From: Felis catus
Lineage: Eukaryota
Assembly (NCBI RefSeq): GCF_018350175.1
Contig: NC_058374.1
Coordinates: forward strand, 101,680,001 to 101,744,000
Reading direction: 5' to 3'
Length of the DNA stretch: 64,000 bases
Below the pieces are notes generated by a model, which was not told the origin of the DNA, searched no databases, and worked only from the letters and a program-made list of their open reading frames with translations. This document shows positions 23,900 through 37,425 of the stretch, in pieces. The translations under genes and the position numbers were made by a program. The first letter of the stretch is position 1; every line of letters begins with the position of its first letter.

Positions 23900-24705
23900 C
23901 TTACTGGTTGAGATTTTCTGCAATTCACTAATCCATCTGGCCCTGACTGTCTCCGGAATCGTATGTCTCATTGTGGATAACTGTTAACAACATTCATCCA
24001 ATCACTCATGCCCAAAATAGTTCCTCCTTTTTAACTTACCAAGGTTTGTTAAAGTCACCACTCAAAGAAAAAAAAAGTTATCTCTCAAAGATTTCCCAAA
24101 TCTTTTTATAGACACTGTATGTGTTCAGGTCTCTTCTACTTGGACTGTTAAAATAGCTTCCTCACCTCAGGCCAAATGCATCCTCCACCATTCTGCTGGA
24201 GTGATCTTTCTGAAACACTTTGACTTTGCTTTCTCACGCTTTGTAATTTCTTGATGGGTTCACGTACTGTATAGGACAAAGTACAGATTCCATATTATGG
24301 CAAACATTTTTAATACTGTTTTCCCATCTGCACTTCACTCTAGGAATCCAGACCTGGTGGGATTTCCAGAACAGGGTATGAATTTCCCCAGTTTTGTATC
24401 TGCGTATGCGTCCTTTCCTTGAAATAGTCCCCCCTCCTTTTCATCCCTCATTGCCTGGGAAATTGTGTGCCTCAAACATAACTTCTTCTCTGGAGTTTTA
24501 TCTGTGCCAAGAGGCTCTTGGAGGCCTATGCTTCTTTGTGATTTTATGGACTCTTTTACATTTCAGGACGAAAGCCCTTAAGTCAATTGTAATATAATTA
24601 TTTTTCTCACATTTGCCTTCCTCTCTAGGCTGAGCTTATATTTCTCTGATCTTTTTCTCTACTAAAAAATAAAAATGCTCATTACATGTTTACTGGGAGA
24701 ATGAA
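23900..24705 (+). mobile_element. Degenerate L2 3' region
   Basis: tcctccaccattctgctggagtgatctttctgaaa; ends tgctcattacatgtttactgggagaatgaa. Confidence 0.6.
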
Positions 24706-26019
24706 AAATGGCAATGCAGTTTAGCTTTCATTTCTTATCACTTCCAAAACACTAAGATAAGGAGAAGGCAAGGAAAATCTCGGGAAGAAGGGAGTCAGGG
24801 TAGGCTGCCTCTTACCCTGTTTGTTTCCTGCTTCAAAAGAGATTCTTTTTGGCTCAGGCTGTTTGTGACAAGTTAGGGCCTGTTCTTTGTTCCTCTCTCT
24901 CTTTTTTAAAAAGCATATTTGTAGACATTATTGTCTAATGAATAATATATCCAAATAAATATCTGCGAGGGTTCAGATTACCAAATGGCTTGTCGTAGAA
25001 GCATTAAAAACTAGTGATTCTGACAAGCGACACATCATTTTTGAACAATAGGCTCTATTTCTCTAAAGATTTTGCAGTGAAGTTCACAGTTAACACAAGC
25101 ATTAGATAAAAACATTTTAAAGGAAATCATATGTAAAATTTTTTATGCTAGATCATTTGCCTGACATTATATCTATTTTTTAAGACTAAAAACAAACATC
25201 TGAGTAATAAGTTAATAAGATTTAAAAGCAGCACATTGTTATCAGAGAGCCCTGAAGTACAGGGTATGATCATATTCCAGAAGCCCACGATTCATGATGA
25301 CAGGGAGCTAGTATATCATATCGTCATGGCAACAGGATGTCTTCTTAGGTTTAAATTTGTTTGTGTTGCAGATCCATAACTTTAAAAGCTTATCCAAAGC
25401 TTTTAAAGAACAACTTGTATCACTTCCATGGTTCATGCTGTATGCTAAAAATTCATGGCTATTTTGCAAATGGTAATTTGAGTGTTCTTTACTTTTGTTC
25501 TTTTTGTCTGCAAAATGCACAGTTATCAGACTAAAATGGTTATGCTTGACTGTTTTGTTTTTTTTTTGTCACTCACGTTGCTTCAATATAGAAATGTAGG
25601 GGTAATGATTTTCCTCCCCATATTTGCTATACAGAGACTCTGGATTTATGTTTTTAGATGTAAGTACATATATTTCTTCACTGAGGCAACAATGATGAAA
25701 AGCAAACAGCTATTTTAACGTGCTGAATATTCTGAACTATTATTAATAAGCCTCATGTGTTGTTCAAAAAAGCCAGACCCATGCAACACTCTCAATTCTT
25801 TCTGACTGGCAAAAGCACTTCTTTTGCCCAGAGATTCTCTGTAAACAGTGAAGATAAACAATGATCAATGGTCCTGTTCACTGCCTAGCAAAATGTCCTT
25901 GATACCCCTCCCATCACAGCACAATGTGGACAGCTGGGTCCTCATTTAAAAGCTGGGAACAGAACCGGGGAAGTGGGAACCACAAAGGGTGAGAAGGAAA
26001 GAGGAAGGGAGGATGGAGG

Positions 26020-26022
<3 letters not shown>

Positions 26023-26070
<48 letters not shown>
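26023..26070. repeat. (GA)n microsatellite
   Basis: Direct reading. Confidence 0.97.
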
Positions 26071-26075
<5 letters not shown>

Positions 26076-27354
26076 AAGTGAGAGATCTGCTTATGGTTGC
26101 CTTTGCAATTGTTAACCCGTTAAGAGTTAGGGATGGAAATTTCCCACATCAATATGCATTGCATTATTCCCTCCATTGAAGCAGATTGTTTTTGTAAGTT
26201 ACCTTTGTCTTTAAAGAAGCATACAGATGAGGGTGATGGAGGGAATGCGAAGTAGAGAAGGTGCTCTGTGATGGAATTAATACTGAATTAAAAGGAAAGG
26301 TATCTGCAGAATAAAATAAGCTGGGAACTAAACTCTGCAATGTGCTGTTTTCTTTTTTCCATTGACAGTTGTTTGTCTCAGTGTATACATACATGGGTGA
26401 TGAAAAAGACAAGGTGCAAGACATCCAGTAGGTTTTTGAAATGGATCTCAGGTGTTTTTTTTTAATCATGTTACTATTTTTGTTGCATGATTTTTTTTCT
26501 GCTTCTTCCTGGGTATGACATAGATGACAATAGTTAAAATCTTCGAGTTATGTCCATTTATCTACTATTAGTTGGCCAAATGGAATGACTTTCATGGAGT
26601 CCATTCTAGTATTTGTAATTTGATTTTAAAAACTCAATTAGTGGGTCTGATTGTCATTAGTATTCATAACTCCTTCTGAAGATCTTAGCCATATGCTTTA
26701 GGAAAGAAAATGGGAAGTATTCTATCAGATAAAAATTGAGAAGCAACCCTTTGTTTCGTCACCAATAATTAGTCCTTCACCTCTAATGTTAGGAAATTGA
26801 CTAAGCTTCTAACATCCGTGGTGAGGATGCCTATTGCAGAAACATAGACAATAACATTTAAATATCACATCAAGCCAGATGTTCAAGGGCAGGATTTACT
26901 CTGGTCCTGGGTGCAGATTAGACATTTCTTTTTTAGTTTGTTCATGCCTGGGATTTATGACTATTATACACATTCAGTAGATCCCTGGTGGCCTGAGAGA
27001 GTGAGGATTTATTCTAAACTTGCAGCTTGTCCTAAGAAAATTGCTTTTGGTGATGGAAAGGGTGTGTTTTTTTTTTCCTTTTCTTCACATATTTCTTTTG
27101 GTAGTATCATAATATTAAGAAGCCATCCTTAGAGCATTTCTCAAAGAGCTGGGATTTTATATGGGTTGGAGAAAAGGTCCAATCTTTGTAAAGTATAGCT
27201 GCATCCCACTCTGTTTCTTCTCTCTCCCCCAACCACACTTGCACTAAGGGAAGACCAAGTTCAAACTCATCTGAGGGAGAGAAAATTAGTCCCAGATAAA
27301 GAGACCATTTCACTTCCATCAGAGACTGAATTTATGAGAAGTATTCAATCAAGA

Positions 27355-27843
27355 TGTAGTTGGTTGAATGGTGCTTCCTTCCCTTTGCCTAAAAGATACA
27401 CACTTGTCACACCCTTGGAAACAATTAACATTACCTTACTTAGAAAAAGGATTTTTGCACATGTGATTAAGTTAATGATCTTGAGGTGAGATTGTCCTAG
27501 ATTATCCTAGTGAGCCCTAAATCCGACGATAAGTGTCTATAGAAGAGAAAGACAGAGGGAGATTTGAGAGAGCCAAACGGGGCGGGGGGGGGGGAAGTGA
27601 TGTGACACATAGGCAGAGATTGGAGTGATACAGCCACAAGTCTAGAAATGCCAAGTGCCACCAGAAACTGAAAGAGGCTAGGAACAGAAGAGTCTTTCTT
27701 AGAGTCTCTGGAGGGAGCACAGCCCTGCTGATTCCTTGATTTCAGGCTTATAGCCTCCATAAAGGTGAGAGAATAAATTTCTGTCTTGTTTGATGACACC
27801 AAGTTTGTGGCGATTTGTTACAGCAGCCACAGGAAACTAATCC
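27355..27843 (+). mobile_element. MLT1C-like MaLR LTR, near full length
   Basis: tgtagttggttgaatgg start; gcagagattggagtgatacagccacaag; aataaatttctg; tttgttacagcagccacaggaaactaatc end. Confidence 0.9.
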
Positions 27844-29089
27844 GTAGAGGACCATGGGATGAAATATGTGATGTACATGCAATATTTGAGTATGTGGTAG
27901 GTGTGGCTTCGCCGGCATCCCTCCACTCACCCATACCCCTTGTCAGCCTGTGCAGAGACCTGAGAGAGCACGAGCTAGTTGGAAACTGAGGAAGCCATCT
28001 CACTGGCTTTGAATTATTTCTGTTTCCTTCTATAAACACTCTCTTTTGGCTCTTAGGCATCATCCCATTCCAAATCCACCCACTTCAGCATCAGTGGCTT
28101 TATTTCTCATGTATATCCTTCCTTCTGCCTTCCCCTCTTTGCTCTCGTTATCAATCCCAGATTTAGGTTGATAAAATGTATTTTCTTCCAGGTAAAATGT
28201 TGTGTCTCTTAAAACCTCTGAAGGTTGTTTTTGTTTGTTTATTTGTTTGTTGTTGTTTTTAATCAAGGCTCTTGCAACTGCTGGCCCTTGCTGGAGAAAA
28301 TTCTAGTTTAAGAACTGCTCATAGCATAGAGGAATGCCAATCAAATGGAATATACAGAAAAAGGATGGCTGACAAATGTAAGCTCTCCTGTTTTTAGTGA
28401 TGTGTGTATTTTTTGTCCTCTTGTGATTATCAATATCCTTTATGTAATATATGTAAGCTAGTACCTGCCGTCCTCCTAAAAATCATAGCAGACTGGTTTA
28501 GACAGTAACTGCTGAGTTTGTTTCTTTCCAGCATTTTTAAGTCGAAAAATGTTGAGAGATTCTGGTCATAAATAATAGAAGTTTTTTGACTTGTCTTAAT
28601 AGCAACAAATCAAATTTCCCGAGCATTTTAGAAAATAATTGACTTAGACGAGATAGAGTGCTTATGCACATTTGCTTTCACAGCCAGGGGACAAAGATAG
28701 CACTGTAACTGCAGTGGTTTAAAAGGCTGGACAAAGCTGTTAGCTCTTCTGGCTTCATCCTTTACCACAATCTGATATATAAAAATGTAGTGACAAAGAT
28801 TAGACTTTTATATGTGGTAGCTGATGAAACTGACTTTTTCTAACTATATATTTTTGATGGTGTGTATAGAGCATGGAGACTGATGGCTAAAGATGGAGAA
28901 AAGAATTGAGAAAAGAGTAGAGATGGTTAAAATGTCAGCAGATAATGAGAATATGTCACTATTATGCCTCCCGTGGGAGTACCAAGTAAAAATCCCATTT
29001 ATCAATGATGCAATTCTTACGCAATTGTTCTGTTACATAATAGTTGGGAATTGTATTAATAACCGAAAGCAATTCTAAGTCTAAGCAGG

Positions 29090-29315
29090 AATCAGTGTAA
29101 TAAGTAAGCTCATGATATTTGGAATCAGATAGGATTAAAATTCTGGCTCTGAAACCGATGTTGAGATTTGTGTGTCATCTGACTTATTTGTGCCTCCTTT
29201 TACACATTTTCATTGGGTACAATACATCAAAGAGTGGTGGAAATTAAAGGAGGCAGCAGCAAATAGAGCAATGGTTGTCATGTCATAAGTGCTCAAAAAT
29301 GTGTATTATTGCTAT
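29090..29315 (+). mobile_element. MIR
   Basis: tttggaatcagatagg...ttctggctctg...aagtgctcaaaaatg. Confidence 0.55.
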
Positions 29316-30427
29316 TTCTCTCTATCAAACCCTGGAAATTCTCAACTATCTTACATAAATGCATAAAAGATGAAATGGAATATGTAAATTAATGCGTTAA
29401 GCATTTTCTGCCCGGCTCAAGGTCTTAACACTAATTTAAGGAAGCATTAAACTCTGGAAAGGGGACTGACTAAAACACAACGAAAGAAAGTAGTTGTCTA
29501 TGGAGTGACTATGAATTTAAACACTAATAAATAAAAATAGGAAATGAATGAAAGTCAACTTAGAAAGCTAACAGCATGAAAGAATCCTTTTTCAACAGAG
29601 ATCTTAACTTTACAATAGTTATACTCTACTCCAAGATAAAACATAAAAGTATAGTGAATTATGGCACTTCCCTATAATATGTTTTTAATCTTTATTTTTT
29701 ATGAAATACTAGGATAATCAGAGATAGGAGGAGGAAGAGAGCAAAGAGAAAAAGCAATCAGCAGAATTTCATGGCTCAATGGTGGGACATGTTAGAGATG
29801 TACTCCTAATAAAAATACTAGGAGGCAAATTCCATTCTGTTTAGAAATGAAGGAATTGTGGCATTGAGAGGTTAAATTGCCTGCCTCCTATCCTCAGATT
29901 ATAAGTGGTTTCAAAAAAAGTGCTGTCCACTTTATGAGAGCGTAGGGTTGAGTTGATAATAATGAATAGGAAATCTGGGGGACAGTTTCACCTGGAGGAA
30001 CTGGCCTTTCTCTTTCTTTTATGCCCTGAATTTAGTCATCTTAATGTTCTTATTTATAAGCATTCTAGGTGGTATTATGGGGAAGAAAACACTCAATATA
30101 TGCTTCTACAGGAAGGAAAAGAAGATGAGGAGGAACCCTCTTCTCTCCCTTGGATTAAAATTCCTGTGTAACTAACTCAGTGGATGGGACATTACCTCAT
30201 CAAGGCTCATCTCAGATGTCTGTTCAGATATCCTGTTATTTTGTATAATTCAGGAATTTAGGCAAGTAGGCCAACAGGTCTTATTTTCACATGAAGCAAG
30301 AGATTTCGGGCTTTCAAAATCTATGCTATTAGCAAAAATTACCATTTTTGGGAGGCAGTAAAATAGTTTGCCACTAAAGAGTGCAGAAAATAATTTGAAA
30401 CCTTGTTCTTGGTGGATACCCTAAAGC

Positions 30428-30611
30428 AGTGGGGTTCTGAAACTGTGTTTCCCCTGCCAAGGCAGCATCAACATCACTTGGTACTAGTTAGAATTGCAGA
30501 TTTTCGGACCCATCTCCAGAATCAGAAACTCTGGAGGTGGGGCCCAGCAATCTGTGCTTTAACAAACCTTCCAGGCGATTCTGATTCAAGCTAAAATTTG
30601 AGAAGCACTGA
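30428..30611. mobile_element. MER5A (hAT-Charlie)
   Basis: cagtggggttctgaaact...gaatcagaaactctggaggtggggcccagcaatctgtgctttaacaa...tttgagaagcactg with TIRs. Confidence 0.9.
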
Positions 30612-31644
30612 CCTAGAATTGCAAATGAGGATTTCAAGGGAGGGAAGGAGATGAAGAGAGATCCACAAATCCTGCTGCAGAGGTTCTTTTTAAGGAAGAA
30701 TGTGAAAGGGTGATGGAAAGACAAAGAGAAAGGTCATCTCTTATAAAATTCTTTTGGAAATGACTTAGACATACGTTCAGGGCTCCAAAGGTAGACTTTT
30801 GCCTTCGCAACACCTTGTAGTGGAGGAACTCAGAGGACTAGGATGGAAAGACATAATTCAAAATACAAGGAGAATTTCAAAAAAGGCTTGCACCCACATT
30901 CTTCTTCCTAATGCAAACAAGAACAGAAATCTTGGAATCTTGGAAGCATTGCAAAGCCGGTGGAATGAGCATAAATTGCTCCTACCCCCAGACCCTTTCA
31001 AGGGGCCTCTGAGTTAGCGCTGCAGATGTCTGTGCTGTGATGTGGCTGGACTGTGTTTCTGAGGACTGCCCTCTCACCTGAGGATGAAATCTGTTCCTCT
31101 GCTATTCTGCCAGATGTGGCTGTGCAACTCGGTCTCCTTTGTCATTGTTTTGTGAGTTGTTGTTCAGAGCCACCTTATTTCCATTGTTCAACACCCATCA
31201 GGGCACTTTGAAATAAATGCTGACTACCTGTGCCCTCTGAGATTTCATGTTGGCTTTGAAGGTCATGGATGTCACTACAGATGTGATAGAATAGAATCAT
31301 GGAAACAGCTGGAGTCTTTGAAGTCTTCTAATCTGAACTCCTCACATTTCAGATTAGGAAATGAAAGTATGGAGAAATTAAATGACTATTCAAGGCCACA
31401 CAATAACAGAGGGAAATCAACTCCATATTTTCTGGTCTTAATTTACTCAACAACTACTGATTAAGCATCTTTTACGTGGTAGGCAGTAGGGGAGAACAAT
31501 GACGAATGAGGACTCTTGTCATCTAGTGGACAAGCTAGAGAAGAAAAGCAATTATGTGGAATATAATAATTTTAATAATAAAGTAAGCCTGTGATGCTAT
31601 ATGACAGCATAAGTGGGACACCTAAGTCATCCTTGAAGAATGTT

Positions 31645-31845
31645 AATGACTTCTGTGGACCAGTGACAGTTCCATGCCTCCCCTGCCTTTCCTTTTGGAT
31701 TGGGAGTATCTTTTGCCCTCATCTTATGCTTGCCTCACCATTGTAAGTTGAGTGTTGGTGGGGGACAGATAAGCAAAGAGCCTTGTTGGTTCACAGGTCT
31801 GCAGATTGAGAGGAACTGTGCTCCAGGAGCTGCATTCAAGGCTGG
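31645..31845 (+). mobile_element. MaLR internal (MLT1-int) 3' fragment
   Basis: caccattgtaagttgagtgttggtggggacagataa...ttcacaggtctgcagattgagagga. Confidence 0.55.
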
Positions 31846-31959
31846 TTTAACCATTACATGGTACAGCTTCCTGAGATTTGTAGAATAAATGCCCAGTCAT
31901 CAATAAAATACAGCAGAAGTGACATACAAGGACTTATAACGTTAGTTCATTAGAAACTT

Positions 31960-32308
31960 ACTGTTTTGATCTGGACTTCTGGCACCTCACTGTGCTTGAG
32001 ATGCTCCCTCTTGGAACCTGTGTCCATGCTGTGAGAACCAAAGCCCCATGGAGTGGCCACAGTAGACAGCGCTCATTGAGCTCCCTGCCTACAGCCGACA
32101 TCAGCTGCAGCCATGTGTGTAAGTCAGGCTGGACGTCTAGCCTAGTGAAGTCTCCAGGTAACTGCTGCCCTGGACCAACATCTGCCTGCAGCCGCATAGG
32201 AAACCTTGAACAAAAACTTACCAGCTGTGCCTGCTCAACCTATAATACTGAGAGCGGTACCAGTAACTCATTTTGAGCTCCCAAGTTTGCTATATGACAG
32301 CAAACTGT
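31960..32308 (+). mobile_element. MLT1G/H-like MaLR LTR
   Basis: gatgctccctcttggaacc...catgctgtgag...acagccgacatcagctgcagccatgtgtg. Confidence 0.7.
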
Positions 32309-32667
32309 TTTATTTCTTAAATTCCACCTATGAGTGAAATCATATGTTATTTGTCTTCCTCTGACTTATTTCACTTAGCTTAATACATACCAACTCCATC
32401 CGCATCATTGCAAATGGCAAGATTTCATTTTTTTGATGGCGGAGTAATATTCCATTATGTATGTATGTGTGTGTATGCACACACATGCATACCACATCTT
32501 CTTTATCCTTACATCGGTCGGTGGACATTTGGGCTCTATCCGTAGTTCGGCTATTATTGATAATGCTGCTGTAAATATTGGGGTGCATGTCCCCTTTGAA
32601 TCTGTATTTTTGTATCCTTTGGGTAAATACCTAATAGTACAATTGCTGGATAGTAGCGTATTTTTAT
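32309..32667 (-). mobile_element. Carnivore L1 fragment (ORF2 end/3' UTR)
   Basis: ttccacctatgagtgaaatcatatg...ttgcaaatggcaagatttcatt...ttgggtaaatacctaatag. Confidence 0.92.
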
Positions 32668-32787
32668 AAATGGCAGCCTCTAACAGTGTGGTAAAATTCA
32701 GAGGAAATGGAAGGTCCTATGATAGTGGTTGGGAAATGCTCAAACCATCCACAAAGAGAAGGCCAAGATAGGAAATCTGCCTGGTGC

Positions 32788-32982
32788 CTTTTTTAAAAAT
32801 AGCAACTTTCTTGAGATATAAATGGTGTATACTAAAATTCACCTTTTTAAGGTTAATAATCCAATATCTTTCCACAAAAGTGTGTATCCATCACCACTGT
32901 CTAATTTTAAAACTTTTCTTTAGCCCTTTCAGAGACACCCTGTACCCTGTAGCCATCACTCCCCATCATCCTCTAGCCCCTT
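32788..32982 (-). mobile_element. L1MB-like 3' end
   Basis: ttgagatataa...aaattcacc...ccatcaccactgtctaattt...ccctgtaccc. Confidence 0.7.
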
Positions 32983-33464
32983 AGTCTCTTTTCTTCACCT
33001 GTTTTAGGAAAGGGAATATTACTTTCCCTTTTTCTTCTTCAAACGATTAACAGGTATTTAAGAGCTATCAGAATGTAAGTGCCCTGAATACAGAGATGGA
33101 ATCTGATTTAGTTACAGTTGTGTACACCATAGCAATCACATAGTAATGACACTCAAAGCATATTTGTTGCATGCATAGATGTGTCCTGTAAGTGATCTTT
33201 CTTACTGTGACTAAGAAAGTACGTTTTTGTAATTCCTCAGAATGAAAGCCTTTGTTGAAACCCTCATTGGAAAAGAGTTTCTCTCCCATAGTGTGTAGGT
33301 GGGACCAAATTATACCCTTACTTCCCCATCTCCTCTGCAACATGCATCAACAGTTACCCCAGAAATGTAAATTTCTTGTTTCTTTACCAATGAAGCAATG
33401 TGAGGGTGTTGGGGTTAGGAGCTGCAAAGGACACATTTTCCTCTACTATGAATAGCACCGATGT

Positions 33465-33695
33465 TGTTATGAACTGAATTGCATGTGTTATGTACCCCCC
33501 CCTTCCCCCTGCCTGCCTTACATGTACTCCATTTTGTTGAAGCCCTAACCCTCAATGTGACTGTTTTTGGAGATAGGGCCTTTAAAGAGAGAATTAAAGT
33601 TAAATGACATCATAAGGATGGGACTCTAGTCCAACATGACTTGTGTCCTTATAAGAAGAAATCTACAGAGACAAAGCCAAGTGAGAACCATGTCT
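33465..33695 (+). mobile_element. MLT1B-like LTR, 5' part
   Basis: tgttatgaactgaattg...gttgaagccctaaccctcaatgtgactgtttttggagatagggcctttaaagag. Confidence 0.8.
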
Positions 33696-34907
33696 GTGAG
33701 CTATAATGGCTTCCCCATGTAGCCGGAAATATTCAGGATGCAGCCTCATCCTTTAGCCTGCAGATAGAGTTTGAACTAGCCCTTGTGTTTCTCACAGGGA
33801 AGATCATAGATTTTCTTCTCTGCTGCTCCATTATTGCATATGAGTTAAGAGGAAAATATTACATGCTGATTATTTAAAACATGCTTTTCATTAAAAAGTA
33901 AATACTGTGCATCCGAGGATAAGTTTAAAACTTCATATAATCCACACAACCTGAAGAACAGGTTTGTTTTGAATAAAGGCATTAAAATTCCTTTGGTAAA
34001 ATGTGAATTAAAAAACTGAAAAATAGCCACAAGACAATGTGAATAAAGTATGTCATCCTTACAATAGAAGCTTTATAGAATTTTGAAATAATAATTTCCT
34101 CTTATGGTAAAACTTAGTAAACACACAATGTACCCAAGCTTATATAATAAGTGTGGAGACAGTGAGAATGTGAAAAACACAGTAAACAGAGAGGCAAAGT
34201 GGAAGGCAGAAACACATTACTGAGGCAGAGATTCAGATGGAATTACGATGAGTAAATGCTGGGCTTGTATCTTTTTAGCTGTCACTGTTTCAACATTTAG
34301 TGCATTATTTTAGCAATATAGCATACAAATCTCAAAAGTGACATGAGCCACTGTTTACTTACAGATCTATAATTCTGGGAACTAGAAGGATGAACAATAA
34401 TTGCCTTTGTGTACCAAAGCTGTCAACTTTCGGAGGTGCAAAGCATGCTAAAATGTCTTTTCCTAAGTCCCTCATAGTAAAGTTTAGCCAAAGTTGGAAA
34501 TAATTGCTGTGAAATCCTAACTCTGGTAAGACATTCTGGGAAAGAATATGAGGTTCGACAGAAATGGAGTGGGGCCGTTGCAATTCCTATCTTGCAGGGA
34601 GATAGCATAAATTCTATTCCCAGATAAGGATATAGGGACTGAAGCTTCCAATGACTTGATGAGGGTGTCCCCATAATAAGAAGTAGAGAATTCAACCCAA
34701 GGGATATCTAATCTCAAAGTCAAGATATTTTTCCATGATACTTGCCATATGGCCAGAATGTTCTGAGGGCTTACTAAGTTGTCAAAGGGCTCCTGAATAA
34801 AAACATGTAGTAGGTATTGAGATTCTCCCTTAATCCACTAATTTGGGAACAGATTAAATAGTCACACTAAAACATAGAAGATATGCACCATAAAAGCTTA
34901 TTGTCCT

Positions 34908-35652
34908 CCTCATCATTAGGGAAATACAAATCAAAACCACCTGTCAGAATGGCTAACATTAANNNNNNNNNNNNNNNNNNNNNNNNNNNNNNNNNNNNNN
35001 NNNNNNNNNNNNNNNNNNNNNNNNNNNNNNNNNNNNNNNNNNNNNNNNNNNNNNNNNNNNNNNNNNNNNNNNNNNNNNNNNNNNNNNNNNNNNNNNNNNN
35101 NNNNNNNNNNNNNNNGCACTATTAGCATTTATCCACGGGATACAGGTGTGCTGTTTTGAAGGGACACACGCACCCTAATGTTTATAGCAGCACTATCAAC
35201 AATAGCCAAANNNNNNNNNNNNNNNNNNNNNNNNNNNNNNNNNNNNNNNNNNNNNNNNNNNNNNNNNNNNNNNNNNNNNNNNNNNNNNNNNNNNNNNNNN
35301 NNNNNNNNNNNNNNNNNNNNNNNNNNNNNNNNNNNNNNACGAGAAAGTTATTATGCTAAGCAAAATTAGTCGAAGACAAATATCATATGACTTCATTTAC
35401 ATATGAGGAATTTAAGACACAACACTGATGAACATAAGAGAAGGGAAGCAAAAATAATATAAAAACAAGGAGGGGGACAAAATATAAGAGACTTTAAATA
35501 TAGAGAACACACTGAAGGTTGCTGCAGGGGTTGTGGGAGGAGGGATGGGCTAAATGGGTAAGGGGCATTAAGGAATCTATCCCTGAAATCATTGTTGCAC
35601 CATATGCTAACTAACTTGGATGTAAATTAAAAAATAAACAAATTAAAAAAAA
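34908..35652 (+). mobile_element. 5'-truncated felid/carnivore L1 with two internal gaps
   Basis: catcattagggaaatacaaatcaaaaccac; ORF2 MFIAALSTIAK; same 3' UTR as the L1 at 6452; diverged TSD aaaagcttattgtcctc/aaaaattcttgttctc. Confidence 0.95.
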
Positions 35653-36762
35653 TTCTTGTTCTCTCCAGGATGATGACTGTAAACCACTTGCAAAACAACC
35701 AAATATCAAGCATGTATCTGAAGAATCTTGTATACAGAAAATACTCCGCACTAAATAGGGCAGTTCTAATCTATTTAAATAGACACAACTGATCAGAGAC
35801 TCAATAAATCCACATCCATTTTCTTCTCAAGAGACTTAATTTGAGGAAGGAAGAGCACCATGAATTTTTTTTTTTTGAAGTGAGGGCCCAAACAGTTTCA
35901 AAACATTGGTTTTGTGTATTTCTTGATGTTCCTTGGCAGCATGGGCCTCATATTCCCAGCGGGCTGGTTAAGGAGAAATACTGAAATCTTTTTCATGGGG
36001 AGTAAAACCAGGAGTTTCAGAAATGATAGCTTAACATAAATACCAAAATAGATTATCAAACATTGTGCTATCACCAAAGTTAGTGTTATGTCGTAGCACC
36101 ATTAGTGAAGACAGAGTTGTGTTGACTAATGTGAATAAAGACATGATTATTGATTTTATTTTTTTTATTCTGCTTAATTCTTATCATCTGGACTCTCCCA
36201 GTACATTAAAAAGACAGATATGGTAGCTATTCCCTTGTTCCCTTCTTGGGCTTATGATTAGATGAGAGAACTAAATTCCATTTGATTAAAGCAAGTTTCA
36301 TTACATGGAGCTGATTCACTAGTTGATACCCAATAAGATCACAGCATAGATAAATATCAGTGGCTCTGAATCAACCTGAGTCACATTTCAGGTGACAATT
36401 CACAGAAATATTCTCTGTCTTATTTGATAGTTTTGTGATAACCTGGTGAAATGAATCAAAACTGGCTACTACATTTGTAGAATATAATAATGACGTAGTC
36501 ACAAAATATAACAGAATTCAAAAGAAGAAGAAACATCAGTGAGTAGGTACTAGTAGTAAAGATAATAATTTACAGTAGGAAAGAAATAGCTTAGAGAAAG
36601 AGTAGAGCATTTTTTAGATCCCGACATAAATATAGCTATTACTGTGGTTCTTTGGTGAACAACTAATCCTTTTTACCAATCTACTAAAATATGCCTGAAT
36701 TGTCACATGTAGCACTTGGAAAATAATCCTTCCATTTTAATTTCCATTAGTCAAAATCTTTA

Positions 36763-37230
36763 TGTTGCAGAGGAAGCGAATTTTTACCTTGATCCTCTTA
36801 GGGTTTTTCGTCTGGGCCTGAGAATTAAACTGGCAAATGACAGATTAACAGAAGAAAAGCACACACATTTATATTAAGTTTTATGGGACATTGGGTGATC
36901 ATAAAGAATGAAGACAAAGAAATGGCAAAACCTACTTGCTTTTAATATTAGGTCAAACAAAGATAATTGTGAGGAAGCTAAAGGCAGATAAGAATTATTT
37001 TAACCAGGCATATAAAATTCTCTATCTCAACTTCTTGTTCCTAATAAGAATGCCCCTTTGCTTCTGGTATAGGCAGGACATCTTTCATATTAGAATTTCA
37101 CCTGCTTTTAAGAAAAAGATGGGAGGCCAGAGTGATTCTCTTGTATTTGGTGTTTTTCAAGTGCCTTTAACTCACAGTAGTCAGTATGAAAAGCAGCATA
37201 TTTTGGGGTGACACGTTCTGAACTCCTTCA
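36763..37230 (-). mobile_element. Solo ERV1 LTR (MER34/MER39-like)
   Basis: Minus strand starts TGAAGGAGTTCAGAACGTGTCACCCCAAAATATGC and ends GCAACA; near-TSD cttta/ctgta. Confidence 0.85.
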
Positions 37231-37267
37231 CTGTATAGTTTATGTGCATATTTGATCATTACATTTT

Positions 37268-37425
37268 AAAGACATGTTGAGAAGCTAAACAGGATTTGTA
37301 CAAGAGTGACAGTGACATGATGATTAAAGGGCTGAAAAGTCAGTCTTACATGGAAAGGTTAGAAGAATTGGCATTTAGCCTGGAGAGGCGTAATATGATT
37401 ACTATCTTCAAATAGATGCAGTTTT
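37268..37425 (+). mobile_element. L3/CR1 fragment
   Basis: gatgattaaagggctgaaaa...tcttacatggaaaggttagaagaattggcatttagcctggag. Confidence 0.7.

Noticed and set aside
25372-25472. 101-nt plus-strand exon candidate (ttgtgttgcag...TG|gtaatt, open frame IHNFKSLSKAFKEQL...)
   Set aside because: The donor is mediocre and the peptide unrecognised; not distinguishable from chance without RNA data.
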